From an uncultured Oscillospiraceae bacterium (GTDB lineage: Bacteria; Bacillota; Clostridia; UMGS1883): DNA of 64,000 bases. The notes under the pieces were generated by a model. The model did not search any database. It was given only the letters and a program-made list of their open reading frames with translations, and was not told where the DNA came from. Below, piece by piece: positions 9,735 to 18,631 of this stretch. Each line of letters starts with the position of its first letter. Within the stretch, counting starts at the first letter, position 1. Location of the stretch: positions 6,389-70,388 of the forward strand of contig CAYMHB010000001.1 in the NCBI GenBank assembly GCA_964390145.1, written 5' to 3'. The translations under genes and the position numbers were made by a program.

Positions 9735-10996
9735 TATTCCGCCTCCATATAATAAATTGTGTCAAGTTTCATTGTTTTTGCGGCAGAAATAATTTCCTCG
9801 CGGGTTACCTTTTCTATTTTTTCTGTCATTTCGGCAATAGAAATATTGGTACCGAGAAGAATCTGCATTGTGTAATATTCCGCCATTGCGCCGATGCTGT
9901 CGAGGTTTGATTCGTATGCGGTGATGAGGTGTTTTTTTGCAAAATCAATCTCATCGTCGGTAAATTCGCCGCTTTCCATTAGTGATTGCTGACGCATGAT
10001 TTCGTCCTCGGCAGTTTTGAATTTATCAAATTCTACGCCGCTGCGTACAACCATAATTTCTTTAAGTCGGTCAATACTGCTTCCGACATAGTAGCAAAGG
10101 GAAAGCTTTTCGCGCACATTTTCAAAGAGTTTACTTACGGCGCTGCCACCGAAGACACAGTTATAGACGGTGTACGCAGGATAGTTTTCGCGACCTGCGC
10201 CCTCTTTCATGCGGAATCCCATACAAAGTTTGCCCTGTGTTACATCAAGTTTATCCTTTACGGTTTTAACTTTTTCGGGCGCTTCTTTGTGGGTTTCAGT
10301 TATATTAAGTCCTTCTCTTTCAGAAAGGTTCTCTGCAAATTTTTCAGCTGTTTCAAGTGCCTTATTCTCGTCAAAATTTCCGCTGAACATTATATCAATA
10401 CGGCTTTCGGAAATAATTTTTTTGTAGTGAGAATAAAGCTCTTCGCAAGTTATTTTTTCAAGGTCTTCAACATAGCCCATAGGGTTTACACCATAAGGTT
10501 CGTCCTTACACATCTCTTCCTGAAGGCGAAGAACGCTGTACGCTCGTTTGTCGTTTTTCTGTGCCAGAATTGCATCTTTTATATTCTTTTTTTCAAGCTC
10601 GACAATGCTTTTTGAAAAGCCATCTCCATCACCGCTTAAAAATGCAAGGTCATACAAAAGATTCATGGCACGGTCAAAGTTTCCCTCTTTGCCGAGGGCA
10701 CGGTCACTGACTGTTTCGATACCTATTTTAAGTATCTGACGCTCACCGTATTTGGACGCGCGGGCAATCATATCCGCACCGTAAAGATTTTCAAGTTCTT
10801 CGGAGATTTTTTGTGCATCGGAGAAATTTTTGCTCTGCATTCTGATTACCGCAGATATAAGTGTATTAAGAGTTACCTCCTCGCGAAGGTAGGGTCTGTG
10901 AATAAGTACCGCCGCACGAAACGACTTGAACTTTTCGTCCCTGACGGTGTAGAGGTTTATACCTCTTTTTATCTCAGTTTTAATCATAGGGTTCAA
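9734..10996 (-). CDS. M16 family peptidase-like protein, probably the non-catalytic partner
   Basis: 420 aa with M16-like length and layout but no HxxEH motif visible. Translationally coupled to the active M16 gene downstream, a typical paired arrangement. Confidence 0.65.
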   Translation of the reverse strand: MNPMIKTEIKRGINLYTVRDEKFKSFRAAVLIHRPYLREEVTLNTLISAVIRMQSKNFSDAQKISEELENLYGADMIARASKYGERQILKIGIETVSDRALGKEGNFDRAMNLLYDLAFLSGDGDGFSKSIVELEKKNIKDAILAQKNDKRAYSVLRLQEEMCKDEPYGVNPMGYVEDLEKITCEELYSHYKKIISESRIDIMFSGNFDENKALETAEKFAENLSEREGLNITETHKEAPEKVKTVKDKLDVTQGKLCMGFRMKEGAGRENYPAYTVYNCVFGGSAVSKLFENVREKLSLCYYVGSSIDRLKEIMVVRSGVEFDKFKTAEDEIMRQQSLMESGEFTDDEIDFAKKHLITAYESNLDSIGAMAEYYTMQILLGTNISIAEMTEKIEKVTREEIISAAKTMKLDTIYYMEAE

Positions 10997-11044
10997 TCCT
11001 CTCCATATGTATATACTCGTATATTATATACGAGTATTTTTTCT

Positions 11045-11344
11045 TTATTTCATTGAGTTTTTTGAGTTGTTGTTTCTGTTTGTGCCGGTCATATCGTCGA
11101 GCGCTCTTCTTGCACCGTCTGCGACCTCTTCGGTAGCGTCTGTCGCGCCGTCAACCACATCTTCAGCGCCGTCAGCAGCATCGTCTATGATGTTGTCATT
11201 ACCGTCGTTATTTTCATCAATAACGCCGTCCTCATCCTGAACAACCCCATCTTGTGCATCGTTTGTGTTATCCTGCGCGTTGTTTCCTCCACAAGCTGTA
11301 AAGATGACCATAACTGCCGCCAACAAACAAATGAGTTTTTTCAT
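11045..11344 (-). CDS. Small acidic D/N-rich lipoprotein
   Basis: Signal peptide with a lipobox (VMVIFTAC). The mature part is low-complexity Asp/Asn/Gly-rich. 99 aa. Confidence 0.6.
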   Translation of the reverse strand: MKKLICLLAAVMVIFTACGGNNAQDNTNDAQDGVVQDEDGVIDENNDGNDNIIDDAADGAEDVVDGATDATEEVADGARRALDDMTGTNRNNNSKNSMK

Positions 11345-11573
11345 AATACTAAATCCTTTCTGTATTTAATCAAACAGGGAGCAAAAAACACGGCTTGGGC
11401 TACTCCTGTTTGGCTTATATGACTATTATTTCATCTTTTTTTATAAATAATCATAAAATACAGAAACATTTTCCGCTATGATATCATAAATTGGTATTGT
11501 AGGAGATATCACGGACTGCAAAGTCCCTGCCCTACTTTATATAGATTCATTTTTATGAAAAGGAGCTATCTTT

Positions 11574-11690
11574 ATGTGCTTTGGAAATAATAACGGTTGC
11601 GAATGGATCCTCTGGATTATTGTTATCGTAGTTATCCTTAACTGCATCTGCGGTAATAACGAAAACGGCGGTTGCGGCTGCGGTTGCTAA
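11574..11690 (+). CDS. Tiny Cys/Gly/Asn-rich single-pass membrane peptide (38 aa), YjcZ-like / tiny-TM sporulation peptide candidate
   Basis: Not in the ORF track because it is under 60 aa. AAAGGAG lies 8 nt upstream of ATG 11574. Translation is MCFGNNNGCEWILWIIVIVVILNCICGNNENGGCGCGC*. A strong terminator hairpin follows. Confidence 0.55.
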   Translation: MCFGNNNGCEWILWIIVIVVILNCICGNNENGGCGCGC

Positions 11691-11703
11691 GCTAACCTTT
11701 AAG

Positions 11704-11738
11704 ACTGTCCGTGGGGATTTTCCTCACGGACAGTTTTT
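11704..11738. terminator. Terminator hairpin shared by the tiny peptide gene (+) and the end of the long minus-strand operon (rdgB)
   Basis: Stem actgtccgtggg / cctcacggacagt, followed by TTTTT on the plus strand. On the minus strand it lies immediately after the rdgB stop (11737-11739). Confidence 0.7.
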
Positions 11739-12324
11739 AATTGTACTGCTTTTTTTCAAGTTTTTCAGAAAACATTTTAAGCGCTTTTCCGCGGTGGCTG
11801 ATTTCGTTTTTCTGTTCGGGCGAAATCTCTGCCATAGTCTTATTAAATCTTTCAACAAAGAATACGGGGTCATATCCAAAGCCGTTTGTTCCTTTGGGAG
11901 TGTAATCTATCTTTCCTTCACACTCTCCGCGGGCGGTTATGATTCCCTCACCCGATACAAGTGTGATTGCGCAGACAAATCGCGCGCTTCTTTCATTATC
12001 CGGAATATTATCCATATTTTTAAGAAGAAGTGTTACTCGTCCTTTGTCGTCATAGCCTTCCCCACCGTAGCGAGCGGAATATACGCCCGGCTCGCCGCCT
12101 AATGCATCCACACAAAGTCCGCTGTCATCAGCTATTGCGGCTATTCCGGTTGCGTCATAGATTGCCTTTGCCTTGAGGAGTGAATTTTCTTCAAATGTGG
12201 TGCCCGTTTCTTCGACATCTATATCTATTCCTGCGTCTTCCTGACTGATGATTTCAAAGCCTTTGAGAATTTCGCCGAACTCACGTAGTTTATTTTTGTT
12301 TTTTGTTGCAGCTATTATTTTCAC
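11737..12324 (-). CDS. rdgB: Non-canonical purine NTP pyrophosphatase (XTP/dITP diphosphatase, RdgB/HAM1 family)
   Basis: MKIIAATKNKNKLREF..., ADDSGLCVDALGGEPGVYSARY, GFGYDPVF, SHRGKA. Confidence 0.9.
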   Translation of the reverse strand: MKIIAATKNKNKLREFGEILKGFEIISQEDAGIDIDVEETGTTFEENSLLKAKAIYDATGIAAIADDSGLCVDALGGEPGVYSARYGGEGYDDKGRVTLLLKNMDNIPDNERSARFVCAITLVSGEGIITARGECEGKIDYTPKGTNGFGYDPVFFVERFNKTMAEISPEQKNEISHRGKALKMFSEKLEKKQYN

Positions 12325-12758
12325 TTTTCTTCCTCCAGTATTTCGCGAAGTTTTCTGATAAAACTTTCGGTCTGCTCTTTTGTGCGTTTGGACGGGCCTT
12401 TTAATCTTCCTCCTGCGTTTCGCACTTTTTTGGCAATAAATCGGCTCATTAAAAGTGAGTCAATATTTTTGTCGGTGTATTCCATACCGTTCTGATTGAT
12501 TATCCTTGCGCCTTTTGAAAGCGACATCGCCGCAAGAGCATAGTCCTGCGTTATGGCTAAATCGCCCTTTTTCAGCATATTAACAAGGCGGAAATCGGCG
12601 CTGTCCGCACCTTTTTCCACAACTATCGTATGTGCGCCTTCCTTTTCAATCGCGTGCGAAGTGTCGCAGATAATAATGCATTCTTTTTTGAATTCTTTGC
12701 ATAGTGCGACCGTTTCGTTTACTACGGGACAGGCGTCCGCATCTATAAATACCTTCAT
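12321..12758 (-). CDS. YaiI/YqxD family protein (DUF188, UPF0178)
   Basis: N-terminus MKVFIDADACPV is typical of DUF188. 145 aa. 4-nt overlaps with both neighbours. Confidence 0.75.
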   Translation of the reverse strand: MKVFIDADACPVVNETVALCKEFKKECIIICDTSHAIEKEGAHTIVVEKGADSADFRLVNMLKKGDLAITQDYALAAMSLSKGARIINQNGMEYTDKNIDSLLMSRFIAKKVRNAGGRLKGPSKRTKEQTESFIRKLREILEEEK

Positions 12759-14653
12759 AGTTCCTCAAGCTCCATATTGAGTTCTTCCCATTCTTCGAGC
12801 ATAGTTTCGTGTTCTTTTTCTTTTTCTTCGAGAATTTTGCTGAGTGCAGTTATTTTTTCAAAATCGCTTCCCGATGAATTTATTTCCCCGTGAATATTTG
12901 AAATTTCGTTTTCCGCGTTTTCGATTGATTCTTCAAGGCGCTTGATTTTACCTTCAAGTTTTCGTCTGTCGCTTTGAAGCTTCTTTTGTTTCTGATAATC
13001 GTTAGGTTCTTTCTTTGTCTTGAGAGTTTCCGAAACAACCTGCACATTGGGCACAATTTTATTTATATAGTCGTCGTAATTCATATTATATGAATTTACG
13101 CTGCCGTTTTCAAAAGCGAGGATTTTATCTGCCATTTTATTGATAAGATAACGGTCGTGGCTGATTATGAAAATTGTGCCTTCAAAATCTTCAAGAGCCG
13201 TCTCCAGCGCTTCCTTTGAACGGATGTCAAGATGGTTCGTCGGCTCGTCAAGAAGCAGAAAGTTCGCACCTGTGAGCATTATCTGTAAGAGCGAGAGACG
13301 CGCTTTTTCGCCACCGGAAAGGGTGTCGGTCTCCTTGAAAACATCGTCGCCGCGGAACAAAAATGCGGCAAGGGCATTGCGGATTTGTGTTCTGTCCATA
13401 CGTGGATATGCATCCCACAGTTCGCTTTCGACATCTTTTCCGCCCGTGATATCGCTTCTGTCCTGGTCATAATACGCACAGTCAACATTTGTGCCGAAAA
13501 ATACGCTGCCGACAGGCGTGGGAATTGCACCTTTTATCATTTTATAAAGGGTTGATTTTCCGCATCCGTTAGGGCCGAGGAGGAAAACCCTTTCCCCGCG
13601 CTTTATTTCAAAGTTTACGTTCGAGAAAAGTTTTTTATCCTCGTATTCTTTTTCAAGGTTTGTGACTTTTAAGACATCATTACCGCTTTTTCTTTCTGCA
13701 GTAAAACGGAAACGGATTTTGGATGTATCTTCCTCGGGTTTTTCGAGCGTTTCCTCGAGGCGGTCGATACTTTTTTGTTTATGCTCGGCAGTACGGATAT
13801 TGCGCTCGCGGTTCCAGCGTTTTTGTTGCTCGATGATGCCTTCGATACGCTTTATTTCCGCCATGGTGTTATCATATTTTCTCTGCATTGCGAGTTTTAC
13901 CTGCTCCTTCTTGTGGAGGAAGGTTGAGTAAGAACCCGTATAACACGCAATTTTTTTATTTTCGAGTTCAATCGTCGTATTTGTCACGCGGTCAAGGAAA
14001 TATCTGTCATGACTGATTACTATAAAAGCCTTGTTAGTGTTTCTCAGAAAGTCCTCAAGATACCTCACCGAGTCAATGTCAAGATGGTTTGTCGGTTCGT
14101 CAAGGAGCAGAAAATTCGCCTCGGAAAGAAGCGTGCGCGCAAGAGAAAGACGCGTTTTCTGTCCGCCTGAAAGCGATGACATAGGAAGATTTATCTCGCT
14201 TTCCAGAAAGCCCAAACCCAAAAGCATACTGCGTGTACGCGCGCGGTATGTAAGTCCGTCGTCCCTTATATATTCAGTATTAAGCGCCTCTTGTCTGTTT
14301 ATAAGGCGCGCGGTATCGCCCTCGCCTTTTTCAAGAGCGAGGCGGATTATTTCCATTTCTTTTTCTATTTCGAAAAAGCGTGAAAAAACCTCAAGCGTAT
14401 AGTCATACGCCGTAAGGTTTTCAGAAGATGGGGGTGTCTGCTCCATTACTCCAATGTGAAGTTCGGAGGATTTTACGATGTCGCCTGTATAATCCTCTTC
14501 CCCGAGTATTGTGCGGAAAAGTGTCGTTTTGCCGACACCGTTAGAGCCTATAAAACCCATCTTTGTAGTATTTTCAATGTTAAATGAAACGTTTTCAAAA
14601 AGCACTCTTTCACCAAAGCTTTTTGAAACTTCTTTAAGCATCAGTAAACTCAT
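12755..14653 (-). CDS. ABC-F family ATPase (two ABC domains, no transmembrane domain, C-terminal coiled coil)
   Basis: Two Walker A motifs (GSNGVGKTT, GPNGCGKST) and two signature motifs (LSGGQKTR, LSGGEKAR). Has a K/E-rich inter-domain linker and a C-terminal coiled coil. Confidence 0.85.
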   Translation of the reverse strand: MSLLMLKEVSKSFGERVLFENVSFNIENTTKMGFIGSNGVGKTTLFRTILGEEDYTGDIVKSSELHIGVMEQTPPSSENLTAYDYTLEVFSRFFEIEKEMEIIRLALEKGEGDTARLINRQEALNTEYIRDDGLTYRARTRSMLLGLGFLESEINLPMSSLSGGQKTRLSLARTLLSEANFLLLDEPTNHLDIDSVRYLEDFLRNTNKAFIVISHDRYFLDRVTNTTIELENKKIACYTGSYSTFLHKKEQVKLAMQRKYDNTMAEIKRIEGIIEQQKRWNRERNIRTAEHKQKSIDRLEETLEKPEEDTSKIRFRFTAERKSGNDVLKVTNLEKEYEDKKLFSNVNFEIKRGERVFLLGPNGCGKSTLYKMIKGAIPTPVGSVFFGTNVDCAYYDQDRSDITGGKDVESELWDAYPRMDRTQIRNALAAFLFRGDDVFKETDTLSGGEKARLSLLQIMLTGANFLLLDEPTNHLDIRSKEALETALEDFEGTIFIISHDRYLINKMADKILAFENGSVNSYNMNYDDYINKIVPNVQVVSETLKTKKEPNDYQKQKKLQSDRRKLEGKIKRLEESIENAENEISNIHGEINSSGSDFEKITALSKILEEKEKEHETMLEEWEELNMELEEL

Positions 14654-15894
14654 TTGTTATCCTCTGTCTTAAACATTCCCAGTTTTTCTGCCATTTTAAT
14701 TCGTCTTGCGATTACATCGTTTTCTTTTATATCTTTTTCAGTTTTTGCCACATCCTTACCAGATGTTTTCAGGAAAATCTGAATAAATCGATGCGCCCAG
14801 CCTACAGGAAGCAATATCGGGTGCTTTTTTACATATGAAAAACGCTCTTTTATTGCATCTGCAGGTGGAAACAGCATTGAAAAAACACTGCGCTCGCTTT
14901 TGAAAAGTCTGTAAAAAAGATATTTGAAAGTGCCTTTTTTTGAACGTTTCTGAGTAAAGATTGAATAAAATCTTGCTCTTTCTTTCTCATTCTTGGCGAA
15001 GACTCCGCCGATTTCACAGTCTTCAAGAAGTTCGGGGAGACCGCACCCTTCGGTAATGGCATCGTGAAATTCCATACCGAAAAATCTTACTCCTATTCCC
15101 TTTACCACGCGGATAAGCGTGTCATAGCCGAGTTTTTTCATAAGGGAATTGTAGCTTTCCCAATCAATTTCTTTTTCGTATTCCTTCATGTATAACAGAA
15201 TGTCCATCATTTGCCTTACACCCGTGGCATCGTTCACAAGATGCTTGATAAGGTGCGCCGAAAGATAAACAAGGTTGTCCTGTATGCCGAGAGTATATGT
15301 TCCGTCAGGAAGTCGGTTGAAATCCTCGTTATAACGGATTTCGTCGTCAAGTATTATATCATTTGTTGGCGCTGAATGAAGTGCTACATGAACCTCCAGA
15401 AGACCGCCCATTTTATGATACGCCTTCATGTGATGGTCATATTTTGAACGTTCTTCACATTCGTAGCCGAGTTCTGTGAGAATTTTTACTGACTTTTCCT
15501 CGTCTTTGCTATCAATTAAGATATCCATATCGCTGGAAATACGTGCTTCGGGCATAGCATAAAGACGCGCGATGGTTATTCCTTTGAGCACAGCGCATTT
15601 TATACCGTTTTCTTCGAGTTTTTTAAGCGAAGAAAGGTTAAACTCTATTTTCTGAATGTTGAGTGCCACATTTGAAAGGAAGGTTTTTTCAAGCGTAGTG
15701 TAAATTTCGGGCGGGATTTTAACCTCTCCGCTCTCGATTTTTGCTCGCACGCCACTATACACGACATCCCACACCTCTTGCGCGATGGAAAGGTCGCGTA
15801 TTTTACTTAAGTTTTTACAATATTGGGGTTTAACTTCTCTCCCGAGTGCTGATGCACCGAAGAGATAGAGCATATTTGTAAAATCCTGTGTCAT
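14650..15894 (-). CDS. Uncharacterised nucleotidyltransferase-fold protein (NTP_transf_5-like)
   Basis: 414 aa. ARISSDMDILIDSKDEEKSVKILTELGYE resembles the PF14907-type uncharacterised nucleotidyltransferase motif. Overlaps both neighbours (1 nt and 4 nt). Confidence 0.5.
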   Translation of the reverse strand: MTQDFTNMLYLFGASALGREVKPQYCKNLSKIRDLSIAQEVWDVVYSGVRAKIESGEVKIPPEIYTTLEKTFLSNVALNIQKIEFNLSSLKKLEENGIKCAVLKGITIARLYAMPEARISSDMDILIDSKDEEKSVKILTELGYECEERSKYDHHMKAYHKMGGLLEVHVALHSAPTNDIILDDEIRYNEDFNRLPDGTYTLGIQDNLVYLSAHLIKHLVNDATGVRQMMDILLYMKEYEKEIDWESYNSLMKKLGYDTLIRVVKGIGVRFFGMEFHDAITEGCGLPELLEDCEIGGVFAKNEKERARFYSIFTQKRSKKGTFKYLFYRLFKSERSVFSMLFPPADAIKERFSYVKKHPILLPVGWAHRFIQIFLKTSGKDVAKTEKDIKENDVIARRIKMAEKLGMFKTEDNK

Positions 15895-16901
15895 TAGTTT
15901 TCTCCGTAATATTCAAAGTACCATTTTGCAAAGCTGTTAAGTCCGTCCTCTATTGATGTGGACGGCTTGAAATCAAAATCACGCTGTAAGTCGCTTACAT
16001 CGGCATAGGTCTGATAAACGTCGCCCATCTGCATAGGAAGGTATTCTTTTTCTGCAGTCTTGCCGATGGCTTTTTCAAGGGTTTCGATAAAATACATGAG
16101 CTTTTCGGGATTGTTGTTTCCTATGTTATAAACCTTTGCCATATCGCCGTTTTCGTCGGGAGCAGGGGGATTTAAGAGCATATTCATAATACCCTGAACT
16201 ATGTCATCCACATATGTAAAGTCGCGGTACATATCGCCATTGTTGAAGATTTTTATGGTTTCGCCCTTCATAATCTTCTTTGTGAAAGAAAAATATGCCA
16301 TATCGGGTCTGCCGTAGGGACCGTAAACAGTAAAGAAGCGAAGTCCCGTAGACGGGAATTTATAAAGGTGGCTGTATGTAAATGCCATAAGCTCGTTGGA
16401 TTTTTTTGTTGCTGCATAAAGGCTTATGGGGTGATCAACATTATCATCAGTTGAAAAAGGCGTCTTTTTCTGATTTCCGTAAACGGAGGAGCTTGACGCG
16501 TAGATAAGATGCTCGACCTTATGATGGCGGCACGCCTCCAGAATATTATAAAATCCGATAATATTGCTTTCTATATACGCGTCGGGATTGTCTATGGAAT
16601 ATCTTACACCTGCCTGCGCCGCAAGGTTTACGATAATGTCGGGGCAGTACGTTTCAAAAGCACTTTCCACCGCGCTTTTATCGGCAAGATTACCCTTGAC
16701 GAAGTTAAACTTCTCGTACTTTTTGAGTATTTCAAGGCGGCTCTCCTTAAGAGAAACCTCGTAGTAATCGTTGAGGTTATCAAAACCGATTACCTCGCCG
16801 CCCTCCTCGAGTATTCTTTTAGACAGATGAAAGCCGATAAAGCCTGCCGCACCTGTAACGAGTATTTTTTTGCTGCCGTCATATTTTTTAAAGTTAGCCA
16901 T
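15894..16901 (-). CDS. NAD-dependent sugar-nucleotide epimerase, UDP-glucuronate 4-epimerase-like
   Basis: Rossmann motif VTGAAGFIGFHL and SDR catalytic motif YAATKKSNE. The 335-aa length and overall pattern resemble Cap1J/LpsL-type UDP-GlcA 4-epimerases. Substrate specificity is inferred. Confidence 0.6.
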   Translation of the reverse strand: MANFKKYDGSKKILVTGAAGFIGFHLSKRILEEGGEVIGFDNLNDYYEVSLKESRLEILKKYEKFNFVKGNLADKSAVESAFETYCPDIIVNLAAQAGVRYSIDNPDAYIESNIIGFYNILEACRHHKVEHLIYASSSSVYGNQKKTPFSTDDNVDHPISLYAATKKSNELMAFTYSHLYKFPSTGLRFFTVYGPYGRPDMAYFSFTKKIMKGETIKIFNNGDMYRDFTYVDDIVQGIMNMLLNPPAPDENGDMAKVYNIGNNNPEKLMYFIETLEKAIGKTAEKEYLPMQMGDVYQTYADVSDLQRDFDFKPSTSIEDGLNSFAKWYFEYYGEN

Positions 16902-16912
16902 ATTTTTACTCC

Positions 16913-18046
16913 TTAAGCCAATTCTATTCCGCTTGCCGTTTGCGCAAAGTAAACGCCGAACTTTCCCTCAAGCTCGGGAAATGCGTTAAGATATTTGCAT
17001 GTTACCTCGGCTTTTATCTTTTCTTCAAAGTCAGGATTTATAAGCGCCATTGCACAGCCCTTAAAGCCTGCACCACTGAATCTTCCACCGTATATACCTT
17101 CGGTTTCTTTCATTATCTCGTGGATTTTTATAAGCTGCGGAGAGCCTGTCTCATAGTTTTTTATACTGCTCTCTCCGCTTTCAAATGAAAGTTTGCCAAA
17201 GTTTATAATATCTCCGTTTTTCCAGAATTCTTTTCCTTTTTCCACTCTTTCAGTTTCGGTGTAATAGTGAGTTGCTCTTTTCCTCCAGTTTTCAGGAAGC
17301 TTGTCCTTGTATTCTTCAAAAACTTCTTTCGGCACATCTCTTAGGCGGGTGTCTGCAAATTTTCCGTATTCCATACCAGAAAGCGCCTTGAGCATATATG
17401 CCGCACTCTTGAGTTCATCAACGCGCATATTGAACTGACTTCCGACAAGACTTCTTTCAAGTCCGCTGAAAAATATCGCTATTTTGAATTTGGGCATATC
17501 GGGGTTTGCAGGGATAAGCTCGTACGAGTCGTCCTTCATATCGATATATAAAAGATGGTTTTTCTTCGAATATATCTCACACGACTGGTCAAGCTTTCCG
17601 CAGCTTACTCCAACGAACTCGTTTTCTGCCCAGAGCGCGGTCTTTACCATTTCGTCCTGTGTAAGTTTTATGTTATTGACACGGCAAAGTGCATTCAGAA
17701 ACGCAATTATTACAGCGGCGGACGAAGAAAGCCCTCCGATGGGCAGACTTCCCTTTATATGCGCCTTGATTCCATAGGAAAGGTCGTGATTTCTTTTGAT
17801 AGAAGCCACGGCACCGCGCAGATAATCCGCCCAGTCGTTCTCTTTCACAAGATTTTTATTGAACTGAAATTCAACCTTTTTTTCAAAATCGTGGCTTTCA
17901 AGGTATATCTTTCCGTCGTCTGTTTTTTCGTATTCAATTTCAATACCTTTATCAATGGCAAAACCGCTTACAATGCCAAACTGATGGTCTATGTGAGCAC
18001 CCAAGGGACACACGCGGTAAGGACAAAATGATATTTCTTTACTCAT
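16913..18046 (-). CDS. GHMP-family sugar 1-kinase (galactokinase-like)
   Basis: GHMP motif LPIGGLSSSAAVIIAF, an N-terminal sugar-binding-like motif RVCPLGAHIDHQFG and C-terminal GGRFSGAGFKGC. 377 aa. Confidence 0.65.
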   Translation of the reverse strand: MSKEISFCPYRVCPLGAHIDHQFGIVSGFAIDKGIEIEYEKTDDGKIYLESHDFEKKVEFQFNKNLVKENDWADYLRGAVASIKRNHDLSYGIKAHIKGSLPIGGLSSSAAVIIAFLNALCRVNNIKLTQDEMVKTALWAENEFVGVSCGKLDQSCEIYSKKNHLLYIDMKDDSYELIPANPDMPKFKIAIFFSGLERSLVGSQFNMRVDELKSAAYMLKALSGMEYGKFADTRLRDVPKEVFEEYKDKLPENWRKRATHYYTETERVEKGKEFWKNGDIINFGKLSFESGESSIKNYETGSPQLIKIHEIMKETEGIYGGRFSGAGFKGCAMALINPDFEEKIKAEVTCKYLNAFPELEGKFGVYFAQTASGIELA

Positions 18047-18073
18047 TTTCTTGATTCCTTTATGAATTATTTT

Positions 18074-18613
18074 TTATCTTTTATGCTTTACGAAGGATTT
18101 TCCTTCGCTTTTGAGCGAATCAAATCTTCCCTCGTCCCTGTATTTGATTACTTTCGCAGGGTTTCCGCAGGCTATACCAAGCGGAGGAACATCCTTTGTG
18201 ACAACGGAGCCTGCACCGATTATCGCACCGTCACCGATTGTTACACCTGGTAGTATAATTACGTGACTGCCAATCCAGACATATTCGCCGATTGTTACTT
18301 CTTCAAATTTAAAACGCTCATCGAAAGGAAGGTACTGCAAATCTTCAGAATCGTAGTTGTGCTCGCTTGAAAATATTTCAACATCATGAGCGAAAATCGT
18401 TCCGTCACCTACTGATATGCCTCCCTGTCCGTTAAATGTACAGTTTGCATTTATAAGAATATTATTTCCAAGTTCAATATATTTTTTATGGTAAAAATAA
18501 CTTCTTCCCCTGAAAACAATTTTTTCTCCACATTTTTTAAGTGACTTTTTAATTTCCTCATTTCTCTTCTTCTCTCTGAGATTACGGATTTTTGATATTA
18601 GCATAAAAGTCAT
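18074..18613 (-). CDS. Hexapeptide-repeat (LbH) sugar O-acetyltransferase
   Basis: Left-handed beta-helix repeats ([47 protein letters not shown]). Confidence 0.75.
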   Translation of the reverse strand: MTFMLISKIRNLREKKRNEEIKKSLKKCGEKIVFRGRSYFYHKKYIELGNNILINANCTFNGQGGISVGDGTIFAHDVEIFSSEHNYDSEDLQYLPFDERFKFEEVTIGEYVWIGSHVIILPGVTIGDGAIIGAGSVVTKDVPPLGIACGNPAKVIKYRDEGRFDSLKSEGKSFVKHKR

Positions 18614-18631
18614 TCCCTTCGGATTTTCTTT

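Noticed and set aside
9986-10615. Other long antisense ORFs: 9986..10615, 34214..34855, 36055..36534, 59362..59973, 60858..61481, 43278..43688 and 44693..45238.
   Set aside because: Each overlaps a gene on the opposite strand that has clear family motifs. None shows recognisable motifs or translation signals.
11013-11037. AT-rich 11-bp palindrome (atactcgtata/tatacgagtat) between the lipoprotein gene and the M16 genes, considered as a terminator.
   Set aside because: The T-run is on the plus strand, where no gene ends. On the minus strand the hairpin is followed directly by the RBS of the M16 gene. It is weak (all A/T except three pairs), so I did not call it.
11345-11573. Sporulation-sigma (SigE/SigK) promoter upstream of the tiny Cys-rich peptide gene.
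   Set aside because: The only CAT-containing candidate -10 (cattttta) deviates from the CATAnnnTA consensus, and the -35 is ambiguous. That is not enough to call.
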